Below the pieces are notes generated by a model, which worked only from the letters and a program-made list of their open reading frames with translations, was not told the origin of the DNA and searched no databases. 64,000 nucleotides of DNA, taken from contig JAZRZM010000004.1 in NCBI GenBank assembly GCA_045601385.1, forward strand, positions 69,351 to 133,350, in the 5' to 3' direction. This DNA comes from Clostridia bacterium. Lineage in GTDB: Bacteria > Bacillota > Clostridia > Christensenellales > DTU072. Numbering within the stretch: the first letter of the stretch is position 1; the number at the start of each line of letters is the position of its first letter. Below are positions 8,581-18,457 of the stretch, in pieces. The translations under genes and the position numbers were made by a program.

Positions 8581-10128
8581 TTATTTTCGGAAGCGAACGG
8601 GACACAACACGACGGACATGCCGAGTTTGAGGAAGAAAAGAATCGCCGGAGTAAGAACGGGAACATCGGGTATGACGCCGCTGACGACCGCGTTACTTGC
8701 TACGAACGAGCGAAAGTTGGGAAAGCATTTTGTCGTGAGCGAAAAGCCTTTTTTGTTGGGTTTGATAATAAATTCTTTCGTTGCAAGGGTGTTCAGAGGG
8801 CGTGTGACGATATGGAGGCGTCCTTTTTCCCAATAGCCGTACGACCATACCGTATAGGGGCAGCCGACGACCGACATACTGCCGATACGCGCTTCGCCGT
8901 CCAGACCGCAGTCGAGCGAGATCGTTTCGTCTTCTTCTTTCCATTCGACGTGGCAAAAGCCGTCTTCGAAGCGGAAAGAGAACTTGTCGAACGATTTTTT
9001 CGGACGGCGGGCATAACTGGAATTGACGCTGTTTGCGATAAAACCGTTCGGAAAGCCCGTCAACGCTTGCGCTAATTCGCAGGCGATACCTTTGCGAGAA
9101 AAAACGGCGCCCGAAAGCATTTTTTCTTTTTCGGTTTCGCGTGGTAAAGACACGGCAAGGAAGCGGCGGCTTCTTTCTTCGAGGTAAGCCGACAAAGCCG
9201 CTTCGTCTTCTTCTTTGCCTTGGGTAAACAAGTCTTTGGCAAGGATATTGTGGAGCATAGAAGCCACTTTTGTTTCACTGTCGTACGCTCCGGTGACAAC
9301 GATAGCGGTGTTCTCGGACGGAATAGCCAGCCCGAACTGTCCGAAAAGCCCATCCATACGAATGCCGCCGTCTTGAAGCCACAAGCAGTAACCGAAGCCG
9401 TCGGCGTAGTAGTGCTTGGTAGGCGTCGTTCTTTTTATTTGGGATTCCTTAATCCATTTTTCGGGAACCACTTGCACGCCGTTATACTTTCCGTCGTTTA
9501 AGATAAGCAAGGTCAGTTTAGCGACGTCGCGCGTTTTCAGATACAAACCCGAACCACCGATGCAGACGCCTTTTTCGTTCTTTTCCCAAAACGGTTTTTC
9601 GATGCCGATGGGAGCAAAGAGACGGGGCGTGAGATATTCGAGCAGGTTTTCACCCGTGACTTTCTGAACGAGCGAAGAGAGCATATGAACGTCGTTGTTG
9701 CTGTACGAAAACCCTTTCTTTTTGCGGAAGGTCGCTTTCATAAACAGTTCGGCGTGGTCTTTGGTCATGTCCTGGATAAAACTGAAATTTTTGTTGCTGT
9801 TCATCGTGAGCAGACTTTTTACCGTCAGGTTTTCCCACTCTTTACTTTCGGGGTGGTCGTATTCGGTAAAGTAGGGTAAGACCTTTGTGTCGAGCGTCAA
9901 CTTTCCTTCTTCGATTGCGAAGCCGACGGCAAAGCCGACCGCCGTTTTCGTGATGGAAAACATTGTATGCGGATAATCTGCCCCGTACGGATAGCAGTAT
10001 TCTTCGTAGACCGTTTCGCCGTTTTTCACAATCATTACACTGTGGTTTTCGGCGTGGAGTTTGTCAAGTTCCCGATAAAAATTCAGGATGGCGAGGCTGT
10101 TTAATCCATTTTTTGTCAGTTCGTGCAT
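8581..10128 (-). CDS. Serine hydrolase, beta-lactamase/PBP4*-related family
   Basis: The S-x-x-K motif (FSITKT) lies near the N-terminus in a class C beta-lactamase-like context (GADYPHTMFSITKTAVGFAVG). 515 aa with an extra C-terminal domain. Confidence 0.75.
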   Translation of the reverse strand: MHELTKNGLNSLAILNFYRELDKLHAENHSVMIVKNGETVYEEYCYPYGADYPHTMFSITKTAVGFAVGFAIEEGKLTLDTKVLPYFTEYDHPESKEWENLTVKSLLTMNSNKNFSFIQDMTKDHAELFMKATFRKKKGFSYSNNDVHMLSSLVQKVTGENLLEYLTPRLFAPIGIEKPFWEKNEKGVCIGGSGLYLKTRDVAKLTLLILNDGKYNGVQVVPEKWIKESQIKRTTPTKHYYADGFGYCLWLQDGGIRMDGLFGQFGLAIPSENTAIVVTGAYDSETKVASMLHNILAKDLFTQGKEEDEAALSAYLEERSRRFLAVSLPRETEKEKMLSGAVFSRKGIACELAQALTGFPNGFIANSVNSSYARRPKKSFDKFSFRFEDGFCHVEWKEEDETISLDCGLDGEARIGSMSVVGCPYTVWSYGYWEKGRLHIVTRPLNTLATKEFIIKPNKKGFSLTTKCFPNFRSFVASNAVVSGVIPDVPVLTPAILFFLKLGMSVVLCPVRFRK

Positions 10129-10185
10129 AAGACATTTTCCTTTTTGATTTTATTTATGCGATATAGCCGTATTTGCAAAGGTAAA

Positions 10186-11208
10186 TCACTCAAAAGATCC
10201 ACACCGATAGCCGTTCGGGTTTTCGGACTGCCACTTCCACAGGTCGCGGCACATGTCTTCCAAATTATGTTTGGCGACGAATCCGAGTTCTTTTTTCGCT
10301 TTGTCGCAGTTCGCGTAGCATTCGGCGACGTCTCCGCTTCTTCTGGGGGCAACTTTGTAGGGGATTTCGCGCCCGCACGCTTTGCCGAACGCTTTGACCA
10401 TGTCGAGGACGGAGTAGCCTATGCCCGTGCCGACGTTATAGACGCCGATGTCGTGTTCGTCGATGTGTTCGAGCGCGGCAAGGTGTGCTTCGGCGAGATC
10501 GACGACGTGGATATAATCGCGTACGCCCGTGCCGTCCGGCGTCGGATAGTCGTCCCCGAAGACGTTCAGATAGGGCAGTTTGCCGACGGCGACTTGACTG
10601 ACATAGGGCATCAGATTATTCGGAATCCCGGACGGATCTTCTCCGATCATTCCGCTTGCGTGCGCGCCGACGGGGTTAAAGTAGCGCAAAAGCATAACGT
10701 GCCACTCCTTGTCGGCACGGCAGACGTCGGAAAAAATCTGTTCGCCGTGCAGTTTGGTCGCGCCGTACGGATTAGTTACGCTCAATGGGCAGTCTTCCGT
10801 AAGCGGTAGTTTTTTCGGCACTCCGTAGACGGTCGCCGACGACGAAAAGACGAGTTTTTTGCATCCGAATTCCGACATAACGGTGACGAGCGCAAGGTTG
10901 CTGTTAATGTTGTTGTCATAATACAGAATAGGCTTGCGGCAACTTTCCCCGACGGCTTTCAGCCCGGCGAAATGTATGACCGCGTCGATTTTGTTTTCGG
11001 TAAAAATCTTTCTCAAAAGTTCTTTGTCGCGGCAGTCGCCTTTGTAGAAAAGAATCTTTTTGCCGGTGATTTTTTCCACGCGACGGACGCTTTCTTCCGA
11101 ACTGTTACATAAATTATCGAGAGCGACGACTTCATAGCCGCGTTCGAGCAGCAGAACGTTGGTGTGGCTTGCGATGTATCCGGCGCCGCCGGTAACGAGT
11201 ATTTTCAT
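10186..11208 (-). CDS. galE: UDP-glucose 4-epimerase
   Basis: MKILVTGGAGYIASH...LDNL.NS...SSSATVYG...YG.TK: SDR Rossmann and YxxxK motifs with GalE-length architecture (340 aa). Confidence 0.9.
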   Translation of the reverse strand: MKILVTGGAGYIASHTNVLLLERGYEVVALDNLCNSSEESVRRVEKITGKKILFYKGDCRDKELLRKIFTENKIDAVIHFAGLKAVGESCRKPILYYDNNINSNLALVTVMSEFGCKKLVFSSSATVYGVPKKLPLTEDCPLSVTNPYGATKLHGEQIFSDVCRADKEWHVMLLRYFNPVGAHASGMIGEDPSGIPNNLMPYVSQVAVGKLPYLNVFGDDYPTPDGTGVRDYIHVVDLAEAHLAALEHIDEHDIGVYNVGTGIGYSVLDMVKAFGKACGREIPYKVAPRRSGDVAECYANCDKAKKELGFVAKHNLEDMCRDLWKWQSENPNGYRCGSFE

Positions 11209-11295
11209 AGACGAATCCTCCTTAAATTTACAATATTATTATATCAATACGTTATACCATTTTCAAGCGTTCAACCCAAATTGCACTAAAGGCTT

Positions 11296-11325
11296 TTGAC
11301 ACGCAAAGGCGCGGTATGGTATACT
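11296..11325 (+). promoter_or_regulatory. Sigma-A-type promoter for the ROK/SIS gene pair
   Basis: TTGACA (11296-11301), 18-nt spacer ending in TGg, TATACT (11320-11325). Confidence 0.55.
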
Positions 11326-11341
11326 ATGGACAGGGGTAAAA

Positions 11342-12280
11342 ATGGCTTATTACGGAATTGATATCGGCGGCACGAAATGCGCCGTCTCTGTGGCGGACGT
11401 AGAAAAAGGCAACGTGTCCGTCTTGAAAAAAGAAGCGTTTGCGACCAAGAAAAACGACGCGTCAGGGGTGTTGAATACCCTCGTCGGAATTTTGCGGACG
11501 TATATGTCGGTATACGGTAAAGGGAATATCGGCATAAGTTGCGGCGGCCCGCTCGACGAAAAGAACGGCATCGTTCTCGGTCCGCCCAATTTGCCCGGAT
11601 GGGAACACGTGGAGATAGTCGATTTCTTTGAAAAGGAAACGGGTTGCCGCGCGAAACTTCTCAATGACGCCAACGCGTCCGCTCTTGCCGAATGGCGTTT
11701 CGGCGCGGGTAAAAAATGCGACAATATGGTTTTCCTTACGTTCGGCACGGGTTTCGGCGCGGGACTTATTCTGAACGGAAAACTTTATTCCGGGACAAAC
11801 GGAAACGCGGGAGAAGTGGGGCATGTCCGCATGGAAAAAAGCGGTAGCGTCCACTACGGGAAAGCGGGTAGTTGGGAGAGTTTTTGCAGCGGTAGCGGTA
11901 TTGCCGACCTTGGAGCGGAAGCCGTCCGAAAACACCCCGATTGTCCCTTGGCTAAACGCGCCGAGAAAGAGCCGATCACGGCAAAGTTAATTGCGAAAAT
12001 GGCGCGTTCGGGTGACGAAACTTGCAAAAAGATATACCGAAAAAGCGGAAAAACGCTCGGGAAAGGGCTGGCGATTCTGATAGACGTACTGAATCCCGAA
12101 AAAATCGTAATCGGGGGCGTATATATGCGAAGTCACGACTTGATGACGCGTTCGATGTACGCCGCGATCAAAAAAGAGGCGTTGCCTTTTTCGGCAAAAG
12201 TGTGCAAAATACTGCCTGCAAAACTGTCGGAAAATATAGGGGATTATGCCGCGATCAGCGCGGCGATGGAGTTATTATGA
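11342..12280 (+). CDS. ROK-family sugar kinase
   Basis: YYGIDIGGTKCAV N-terminal ATPase motif, then GAGLILNGKLY.G..GNAGE.GH, typical of ROK kinases. Confidence 0.8.
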   Translation: MAYYGIDIGGTKCAVSVADVEKGNVSVLKKEAFATKKNDASGVLNTLVGILRTYMSVYGKGNIGISCGGPLDEKNGIVLGPPNLPGWEHVEIVDFFEKETGCRAKLLNDANASALAEWRFGAGKKCDNMVFLTFGTGFGAGLILNGKLYSGTNGNAGEVGHVRMEKSGSVHYGKAGSWESFCSGSGIADLGAEAVRKHPDCPLAKRAEKEPITAKLIAKMARSGDETCKKIYRKSGKTLGKGLAILIDVLNPEKIVIGGVYMRSHDLMTRSMYAAIKKEALPFSAKVCKILPAKLSENIGDYAAISAAMELL

Positions 12281-12915
12281 AAGAAGAAACGGCATCGGTT
12301 CTGACCGAACTTATTCAGCGCTATCCGCGCCTTGCGGAGTGCCGCGAAGAAATCGAAAATGCTTTTGCCCTCATGAAAGACGCTTTTGAAAGCGGCGGTG
12401 CTTTGTACGCATGCGGCAACGGCGGCAGCGACGCCGACGCGCGGCATATCGTCGGGGAATTGCGGAAAAAATTTCGTCGGTCAAGACCGCTTGACGAAGA
12501 CTTCGTTGACAAACTGTCTTTGCTTGGAAAAGACGGCTCTTATCTTGCCGCTCATCTCGAAGGCGCTTTGCCCGTTTTTTGTTTGAGTGAAAATTCTTCT
12601 TTGATTACGGCTTATGAGAACGACGCGGCACCCGACGCGGCTTTGGCGCAATCTCTTTTCGGCGTTGCAAAACGCGGCGACGTCCTTCTTTGCATTTCCA
12701 CTTCGGGCGAAAGTCGGAATCTCGTCCTTTGCGCCACTCTTGCCCGCGCTCTCGGCATGGTGACCGTCTCTCTCACCGGGCAAAAAGAGTCCTCTCTTTC
12801 CGCCCTCTCCGACGTGACCGTTCGCGTCCCGGAAACCGAAACGTACAAAGTACAGGAGATGCATTTGCCCGTCTATCATTGTCTGTGCGCTATGTTGGAA
12901 TCAAACCTTTTTTAG
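12277..12915 (+). CDS. SIS-domain protein, GmhA/DiaA-like phosphoheptose isomerase family
   Basis: LYACGNGGSDADARHIVGEL...GDVLLCISTSGES.N...A...G..TV.LTG: SIS signature. The start is set at ATG 12277 (ATGA overlap with the ROK stop). The track's 12022 start lies inside the ROK gene. Confidence 0.75.
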   Translation: MKEETASVLTELIQRYPRLAECREEIENAFALMKDAFESGGALYACGNGGSDADARHIVGELRKKFRRSRPLDEDFVDKLSLLGKDGSYLAAHLEGALPVFCLSENSSLITAYENDAAPDAALAQSLFGVAKRGDVLLCISTSGESRNLVLCATLARALGMVTVSLTGQKESSLSALSDVTVRVPETETYKVQEMHLPVYHCLCAMLESNLF

Positions 12916-12917
12916 AA

Positions 12918-13200
12918 ACGTCGCTTTGGAATAATTCGGCCGAAGCGTTCGCTTGCAGTACTTTTTGTACAGCGGCGCTCCGTTTTGTCCGAATTCTCCT
13001 CAAATCGGCGTTTCTATGACGTCGCTTTGAAATAATTCGACCGAGGCGTTTGCTTGTTGTGTCTTTTGTACAGCGGCACTCCGTTTCGTCCGAATTCTTC
13101 TCAAATCGGCGTTTCTACCGAAACTACTGTGGAAAATTCTACCGAAGTATTCGCTTGCGGTGTTCTTTACGCGGCGACGTTCCGTTTAGCCCGAATAAAG
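12918..13200. repeat. Tandem array (about 2.8 copies, 101-bp period) of a hairpin-forming intergenic repeat
   Basis: Copies lie at 12918-13018, 13019-13119 and a diverged copy at 13120-13200. The core imperfect palindrome in copy 1 is 12935-12993 (TTCGG...GCAGTAC TTTTT GTACAGC...CCGAA). Confidence 0.85.
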
Positions 13201-13307
13201 TATGAAATTTTTGTAAAATTTTTGGCAGATTAAAAGGTTTTTTTTGAATAAACTTTAATTCTTGATTCTATAAGAAAAATAAGATATAATAATACAAAGG
13301 AGAAGAA

Positions 13308-14039
13308 ATGATAAACATGAAAAAGAAAATAGCGACAATCATACCGGTAATTCTTCTCTTGTGTATATTAATGGGAACATTTTACGGTTGTTTTAAAAAA
13401 GATAAGTATTTTAAAACCGAGTATTTCAGATATAGTATTGGTCACAGCGAAGATTATGACTTTGTTTATATTGAAGGATTGACCGAGGAAGGAGCACAAT
13501 TAAAAAACATAGTCATTCCGGAGGAAATTGACGGAATGCCGGTAAAATATTATCGTGGGGCTTCGGCAGCACCTAATGTAAAAAAAATTATCGTATCTTG
13601 TAACATTAGCACAATCAACACAATTGGTGGCTTAAACAGCGGAAATCTTTTTGTATATGATTTCCCTGACGGATTGAAAATATTATATATTAACTGTCAA
13701 TATAATAGATCCACTTTGATGGGACGGAGCTTTTATATAGCGAGCGCGGCGTTGGAAAGTTTTCAAAAAAACATTGCAAATCCTGCAGCATATTCCCTTG
13801 CCAATATGCAATATTTGTTTAATTACGATGATTCACCAAATAATGGAGTTTCCTTCATTGATGATTTGGACATAGGAGAAGAGTTGGAAATCATTCCCAC
13901 TACTCCAAAACGTGATGGATACATTTTCACCGGATGGTACGTCGAGCCGGAATGTCAAAACAAGATTGAACTAAACGGTTATGTCAAAGCCGACGAAGAA
14001 ATCATTTATTTGTATGCAGGATGGAAAGAAAACGAATAA
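13308..14039 (+). CDS. Surface lipoprotein with a BspA-type LRR-like segment and a C-terminal Listeria-Bacteroides (Flg_new) repeat
   Basis: Signal peptide with Cys (LMGTFYGCF). IVIPEEIDGMPV is an LRR_5-like segment. The C-terminal GYIFTGWYVEPECQNKIELNGYV..EEIIYLYAGW is the classic Flg_new repeat. Confidence 0.7.
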   Translation: MINMKKKIATIIPVILLLCILMGTFYGCFKKDKYFKTEYFRYSIGHSEDYDFVYIEGLTEEGAQLKNIVIPEEIDGMPVKYYRGASAAPNVKKIIVSCNISTINTIGGLNSGNLFVYDFPDGLKILYINCQYNRSTLMGRSFYIASAALESFQKNIANPAAYSLANMQYLFNYDDSPNNGVSFIDDLDIGEELEIIPTTPKRDGYIFTGWYVEPECQNKIELNGYVKADEEIIYLYAGWKENE

Positions 14040-14560
14040 TGAAATATTTAGTCGCTTCCGATTTGCACGGTTCTCTCGGCGGATACGAATTGTTGCAAGA
14101 GATTTTTGCACGGGAACTGCCCGACAAAACGGTTTTGCTCGGAGATCTTTCGAGGTACGGATTTTTGGGGGAAACGGAGAGGGCTTTTTTGCGAGAGACG
14201 CGCTGTTTGCCGATTGCCGTACAAGGAAACTGCGACCGCGACGACTTCTCCGCTTGTCCCGAACTGGACGCGCGCGGAGAATACTACTGCGACGTAATCG
14301 GCGGTAAAACGCTGTTTTTTACGCATGGTCACAGGTATAACGCGGGGCGTCTGCCGCCTTTTCTTGCCGAAGGAGACGTCCTTGTGTACGGGCATACGCA
14401 TTGCGCTTTGTTGGGGAAAATGCGGGGAATCATCGTGGCAAACTGCGGTAGCCTGGGCGCGCCGAGAGACGAATACGGACGGTCTTATATAATAATAGAC
14501 GAAAGCGGAATCACGGCGAAAGACGCCGACGGAAACAAAATCGATAAAATAAACTTTTGA
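14039..14560 (+). CDS. YfcE/MJ0936-type metallophosphoesterase
   Basis: MKYLVASDLHGS...LGD...THGH...VYGHTH...NCGS motif series. The start is at ATG 14039 (TAATG junction with the upstream gene). Confidence 0.8.
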   Translation: MKYLVASDLHGSLGGYELLQEIFARELPDKTVLLGDLSRYGFLGETERAFLRETRCLPIAVQGNCDRDDFSACPELDARGEYYCDVIGGKTLFFTHGHRYNAGRLPPFLAEGDVLVYGHTHCALLGKMRGIIVANCGSLGAPRDEYGRSYIIIDESGITAKDADGNKIDKINF

Positions 14561-14578
14561 AAAAGGAGAAAATAAAAA

Positions 14579-14869
14579 ATGGTAAAACACATTGTATGCT
14601 TCAAACTCAAAGACGCAAGCAAAGAAAACTGCGAAAAGGCGAAAGAAGTGCTGATGAGCATGAAAGGAAACGTCGCTTTGTTGCAGGATATCGACGTACA
14701 TATCGACCAATTACGTTCGGCGCGCAGTTATGACGTGATGCTCGAAGTGGTGTTGAAGTCGTGGGAAGATCTGGACGCTTATCAAAACGATCCGTATCAC
14801 TGCGGCGTGGTCAAGACGCATATGCATGCCGTGCGCGAGTCGTCCGTCGCGTTCGATTACGAATTCTGA
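14579..14869 (+). CDS. Dabb (stress-responsive A/B-barrel) family protein
   Basis: 96 aa. MVKHIVCFKLKD..........L..M.G.V..L........D....SYDV.L.V.....EDL..Y..DP.H is the typical Dabb pattern. Confidence 0.75.
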   Translation: MVKHIVCFKLKDASKENCEKAKEVLMSMKGNVALLQDIDVHIDQLRSARSYDVMLEVVLKSWEDLDAYQNDPYHCGVVKTHMHAVRESSVAFDYEF

Positions 14870-14880
14870 TAATAAAGATT

Positions 14881-16086
14881 ATGAAAAAAAGCATGAAAAT
14901 TTTTACCGCCGTTTTTTGCGTCGTGCTGATAATCGGCATGTGTGTTTCCGCACTGCTCGTGTGGGAAAAGTCGGTTAAAAAGTGCGTTCACGTCGGGCTT
15001 GTTTCTTCGGAAACGTTTGACGAAACGGCGGAGTTTTGCGACGAAAGCGGTTTTGTCACTCTATATAAGGAAAAAGACAGGGATTTTGTGATCCTGAACG
15101 TGTCCGACACGCATCAAAGCGACTTTGACTATCGGGCGTTTACCGGACCGCTGGCGCGGCGGGAAATCACGCGGCTCGTCGAGGCTTTGCAACCCGACCT
15201 TATTACGGTATCGGGGGATATTACCTGCGCAAAAAGCGAGTTTTACAGCGTAAAGGCGTTTACCGATTTTATGAACGGTTTGCAAATTCCGTGGGCGCCG
15301 GTGTTCGGCAACCATGACGGAGAGAGCGATAACTGCGATAAAAACTACCTCGCCGACGTCATGACGGGCGGCGAAGACAGTTATTGCCTGCTGAAAAAAG
15401 GTCCGAATAATCTTGCAAACGAAGACGATCGGGAAGGCAGAGTCGGCAACTACGTCATCAATATCGTCGAAAGAGGGACGAACAAACTTTGCCAAACGTT
15501 ATACATGGTCGATACCGGACGTTCGCACCTGACGCAAAAACAAATCTCTTGGTACGAGCAGGCGGCGCGGACGGTTCGCAAGGTGTACGGCTATGCCGAT
15601 TCGGCGATGATCATGCACATCCCCACGGTCGAGTATTTTTATGCCTATATGCAAGGGTATGATTTGGATAAAAGGGAATGGAAAGACGCCCCGAAAGAAG
15701 GGGGTGCGTACGGCAACTGCTACGAACCCGATATTGTTTGTTGCGACAAGAAGCGTTTTTCGACCGAAGAAGAAATGCTGACCGGTCGGGAATATCTTGA
15801 CCTTTTGCAAAGCGGCGTGACGGTATCGGAAGGGTTGAAAAAGAATCTTATGCGGTACGGCGTGCCGAAGCAAAACGGTTTGTTCGGGAAACTGAAAGAG
15901 TACGGCACGAAGAACGTCCTTTGCGGACACGACCACCTGAACAATTTTTATTGCACATATGACGGTATCAACCTGATGTATTCGCTTAAAAACGGTATGG
16001 GCAGCGGCTATCGCGTCGGGAGAAACGGCGGTACCGTGTTGACCGTAAGGGGCGAAACGCTTACAATGGAACACTATTATTTATAA
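14881..16086 (+). CDS. Membrane-anchored calcineurin-like metallophosphoesterase
   Basis: N-terminal TM segment (IFTAVFCVVLIIGMCVSALLVW), then NVSDTH, SGDI, GNHD, MHIP and GHDH motifs. The start is set at ATG 14881 because the track's longer start overlaps the Dabb gene. Confidence 0.8.
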   Translation: MKKSMKIFTAVFCVVLIIGMCVSALLVWEKSVKKCVHVGLVSSETFDETAEFCDESGFVTLYKEKDRDFVILNVSDTHQSDFDYRAFTGPLARREITRLVEALQPDLITVSGDITCAKSEFYSVKAFTDFMNGLQIPWAPVFGNHDGESDNCDKNYLADVMTGGEDSYCLLKKGPNNLANEDDREGRVGNYVINIVERGTNKLCQTLYMVDTGRSHLTQKQISWYEQAARTVRKVYGYADSAMIMHIPTVEYFYAYMQGYDLDKREWKDAPKEGGAYGNCYEPDIVCCDKKRFSTEEEMLTGREYLDLLQSGVTVSEGLKKNLMRYGVPKQNGLFGKLKEYGTKNVLCGHDHLNNFYCTYDGINLMYSLKNGMGSGYRVGRNGGTVLTVRGETLTMEHYYL

Positions 16087-16096
16087 GGGGATAAAA

Positions 16097-17548
16097 ATGA
16101 TTGCACTTTACTGTATTTTGGGGCTTATCGGCGCGTTTCTGATTTTTACGATCGTTCGTACCGTCGTTACGCGCCCGAAAGATGAGAAAAAAGCGGAAGT
16201 GACCGCATACGAAGTAGACGCGCAAAAAGCGGCGGAGATACTGTCGGGAGCGGTGCGTATTCCGACGGTGACGAAGTATAACGAGGGCGATGACCAAAGC
16301 CCGTTTCTTGCCTATCACGAGTATCTGGAAAAGACCTTTCCGCATATTTTTGCGCACGCGGAAAAGACGGTTATTCACGATTACAGCCTTATCTTGAAAG
16401 TCGGCGGCAGTCGGGAAGACCTGTTGCCCGGCTGTATTCTCGCGCACCAGGATGTCGTCCCGGCGACGAAAGAGGGGTGGGAGCACGAGCCGTTCGGCGG
16501 AGAGATAGAGGGCGGTTTTGTCCACGGCCGCGGCAGTCAGGATATGAAAAGTCAGATGATCGCTTCCATGATGGGTTTGGAAAGTCTGCTCGCCGAGGGA
16601 AAAACGCCGCAAAGGACGATTTATTTTTGCTTCGGACACGATGAAGAAGCGACGGGTAAAGAGGGTGCGAAATATATCGTGGACTATCTCCTTGCCCATA
16701 ATATCCGCTTTGAATTTGTCTTGGACGAGGGCGGGACGATGCTCGACGGCGGTATGCTCGGGATCAAGAACAAGTACGTCGCCTTGATCGGAACGTGCGA
16801 AAAAGGGTATGCCGATTATACTTTGACGGCGAAACGGGACGGCGGACACGCGTCCGCACCCAAGAAAAAAAGCGCGGTGGACGAGGTGGCGGAGGCGGTC
16901 TACGACCTTTCGCATACTCCGATGAAACGGTATTTCTCCAAGCCGGTAAAAGAAACGTTCGCTACGCTCGCGCCCTATATGAACAACCCGATTTTCAAAT
17001 ACTTTTTGGTAAATCGTGATGTGTACGCATGGTTGCTTAAACCCGTTTTCGGATTGGTCAACCCCATTCTGAACAGTTTGCTTCGGACGACGTTTGCGTT
17101 TACGCAGATGAAAGGAAGCGACGCGCCGAACGTGATTCCCGTTAAAGCCGAAGCGGTGGTCAACTGCCGTATCAATATCGGACAAACGCGCGCAGACGTA
17201 TTGAAGCATATCAAAAAAGTAGTGGGGAAAAATATCGAAGTGACCGAATTGAGAGACACGTTCGATCCGTCTCCCGTCAGTCTGACCGATACCGACACGT
17301 ACCGTACTCTTGTCCGCACGGTGCGCGAAACTTACAAAGACTTTGTCGTCGCGCCCTATCCTTTTATCGCGGCGACGGACAGTAAGTGGTATTATCCCGT
17401 TTGCAACGGCGTATACCGCTTTACGCCTTTTATCAACACGCTCGAAGACGAAAAACAAATACACGGACTTAACGAAAAATGTCGGATAGAAGGACTTGCG
17501 CAGGCGGTGAAATTCTACCGCAGGCTGTACGAAAACTTCGCTTTTTAA
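16097..17548 (+). CDS. M20-family metallopeptidase (carboxypeptidase S-like) with N-terminal TM anchor
   Basis: N-terminal hydrophobic helix. HQDVVP....W...PF.GEI..G...GRGSQDMK and GHDEE metal-binding motifs. Confidence 0.8.
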   Translation: MIALYCILGLIGAFLIFTIVRTVVTRPKDEKKAEVTAYEVDAQKAAEILSGAVRIPTVTKYNEGDDQSPFLAYHEYLEKTFPHIFAHAEKTVIHDYSLILKVGGSREDLLPGCILAHQDVVPATKEGWEHEPFGGEIEGGFVHGRGSQDMKSQMIASMMGLESLLAEGKTPQRTIYFCFGHDEEATGKEGAKYIVDYLLAHNIRFEFVLDEGGTMLDGGMLGIKNKYVALIGTCEKGYADYTLTAKRDGGHASAPKKKSAVDEVAEAVYDLSHTPMKRYFSKPVKETFATLAPYMNNPIFKYFLVNRDVYAWLLKPVFGLVNPILNSLLRTTFAFTQMKGSDAPNVIPVKAEAVVNCRINIGQTRADVLKHIKKVVGKNIEVTELRDTFDPSPVSLTDTDTYRTLVRTVRETYKDFVVAPYPFIAATDSKWYYPVCNGVYRFTPFINTLEDEKQIHGLNEKCRIEGLAQAVKFYRRLYENFAF

Positions 17549-17558
17549 GGAGGAAACC

Positions 17559-18443
17559 GTGAAAAAAACAGTGCGTCTACTGCTGATAGTCCTTTGTGTG
17601 CTGCTTGCTTTCGGGACGGCTGCATGCGAAGACGGACAGGGCGAATTTACGCCGCTCGAAACGCAGGTGGATATCTTTACCGCCTTGCGCTCGAAGACGG
17701 CGGACGTCGGGTTTATGGACTATACCCTTGCTTCTTATCTTATCGCAACCGACGTCAACCTTTCCGATTTTGCCATTGTGGAGAACGTCGAACTCGGCGA
17801 GCACGACGCTTTTGCCGTGTCCGCATACAAAGGTGAAAAGTCGGGGACGTACGACGTGCTGACCGATAAAATCAATCTGTCGCTTGCCGCCGTCGAAGCA
17901 AAAGGAACGTATAAAAATATTGCCGATAAATACGGTTTGGGAGACCTTATTTTGCCGCTTGCGTATACCAAACCGCAAGGAGACGGAGACAGTGCGCTGT
18001 GGGATAAGGTCGTAAAAAGCGGTAAAATCATAATCGGATACAACACCGCGCCGCCGATGTCGATAACAACCGACGACAAAAAGAAACCGGATGGGTTTGC
18101 GACCGAACTTGCCAAAGCGGTCTTTGCGGATATCTGCGAACAAGAAAAGGTGAGTATCGATATCGAATTTCGTTGGATCAATTTTGACAACTACCCGACC
18201 GAATTTCAAGCGGGCTATATGGATATTTTTTGGAGCGATATGTCTTATACGGACGAACGCGCGGAGAAACTTTACTTTTCGACAAAGTTTATGCAAAACC
18301 GCACTTGCGCGGTTGTGCGGAAAGAAGATAAAGAAAAATATTCGACCGTAGCAAGTATGAAAAAAGCGCGGCTCGTTGCCGAAAGCGCAGGCGTCGGATC
18401 GGGCGTGGCGAAAGATATTTTGTCGGGCAAAATCACCGACTGA
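17559..18443 (+). CDS. Amino-acid ABC transporter substrate-binding lipoprotein (family 3 SBP), apparently permuted
   Basis: GTG start. Lipobox LLAFGTAAC. Family-3 SBP segments are present but in swapped order (see finding). Confidence 0.7.
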   Translation: MKKTVRLLLIVLCVLLAFGTAACEDGQGEFTPLETQVDIFTALRSKTADVGFMDYTLASYLIATDVNLSDFAIVENVELGEHDAFAVSAYKGEKSGTYDVLTDKINLSLAAVEAKGTYKNIADKYGLGDLILPLAYTKPQGDGDSALWDKVVKSGKIIIGYNTAPPMSITTDDKKKPDGFATELAKAVFADICEQEKVSIDIEFRWINFDNYPTEFQAGYMDIFWSDMSYTDERAEKLYFSTKFMQNRTCAVVRKEDKEKYSTVASMKKARLVAESAGVGSGVAKDILSGKITD

Positions 18444-18457
18444 AAAGAGGGGAAAAA

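Noticed and set aside
16061-17464. 467-aa minus-strand ORF overlapping the M20 peptidase gene.
   Set aside because: It is antisense to a gene with clear M20 motifs and has an R/F/V-rich shadow-type composition. It also runs across the upstream gene boundary.
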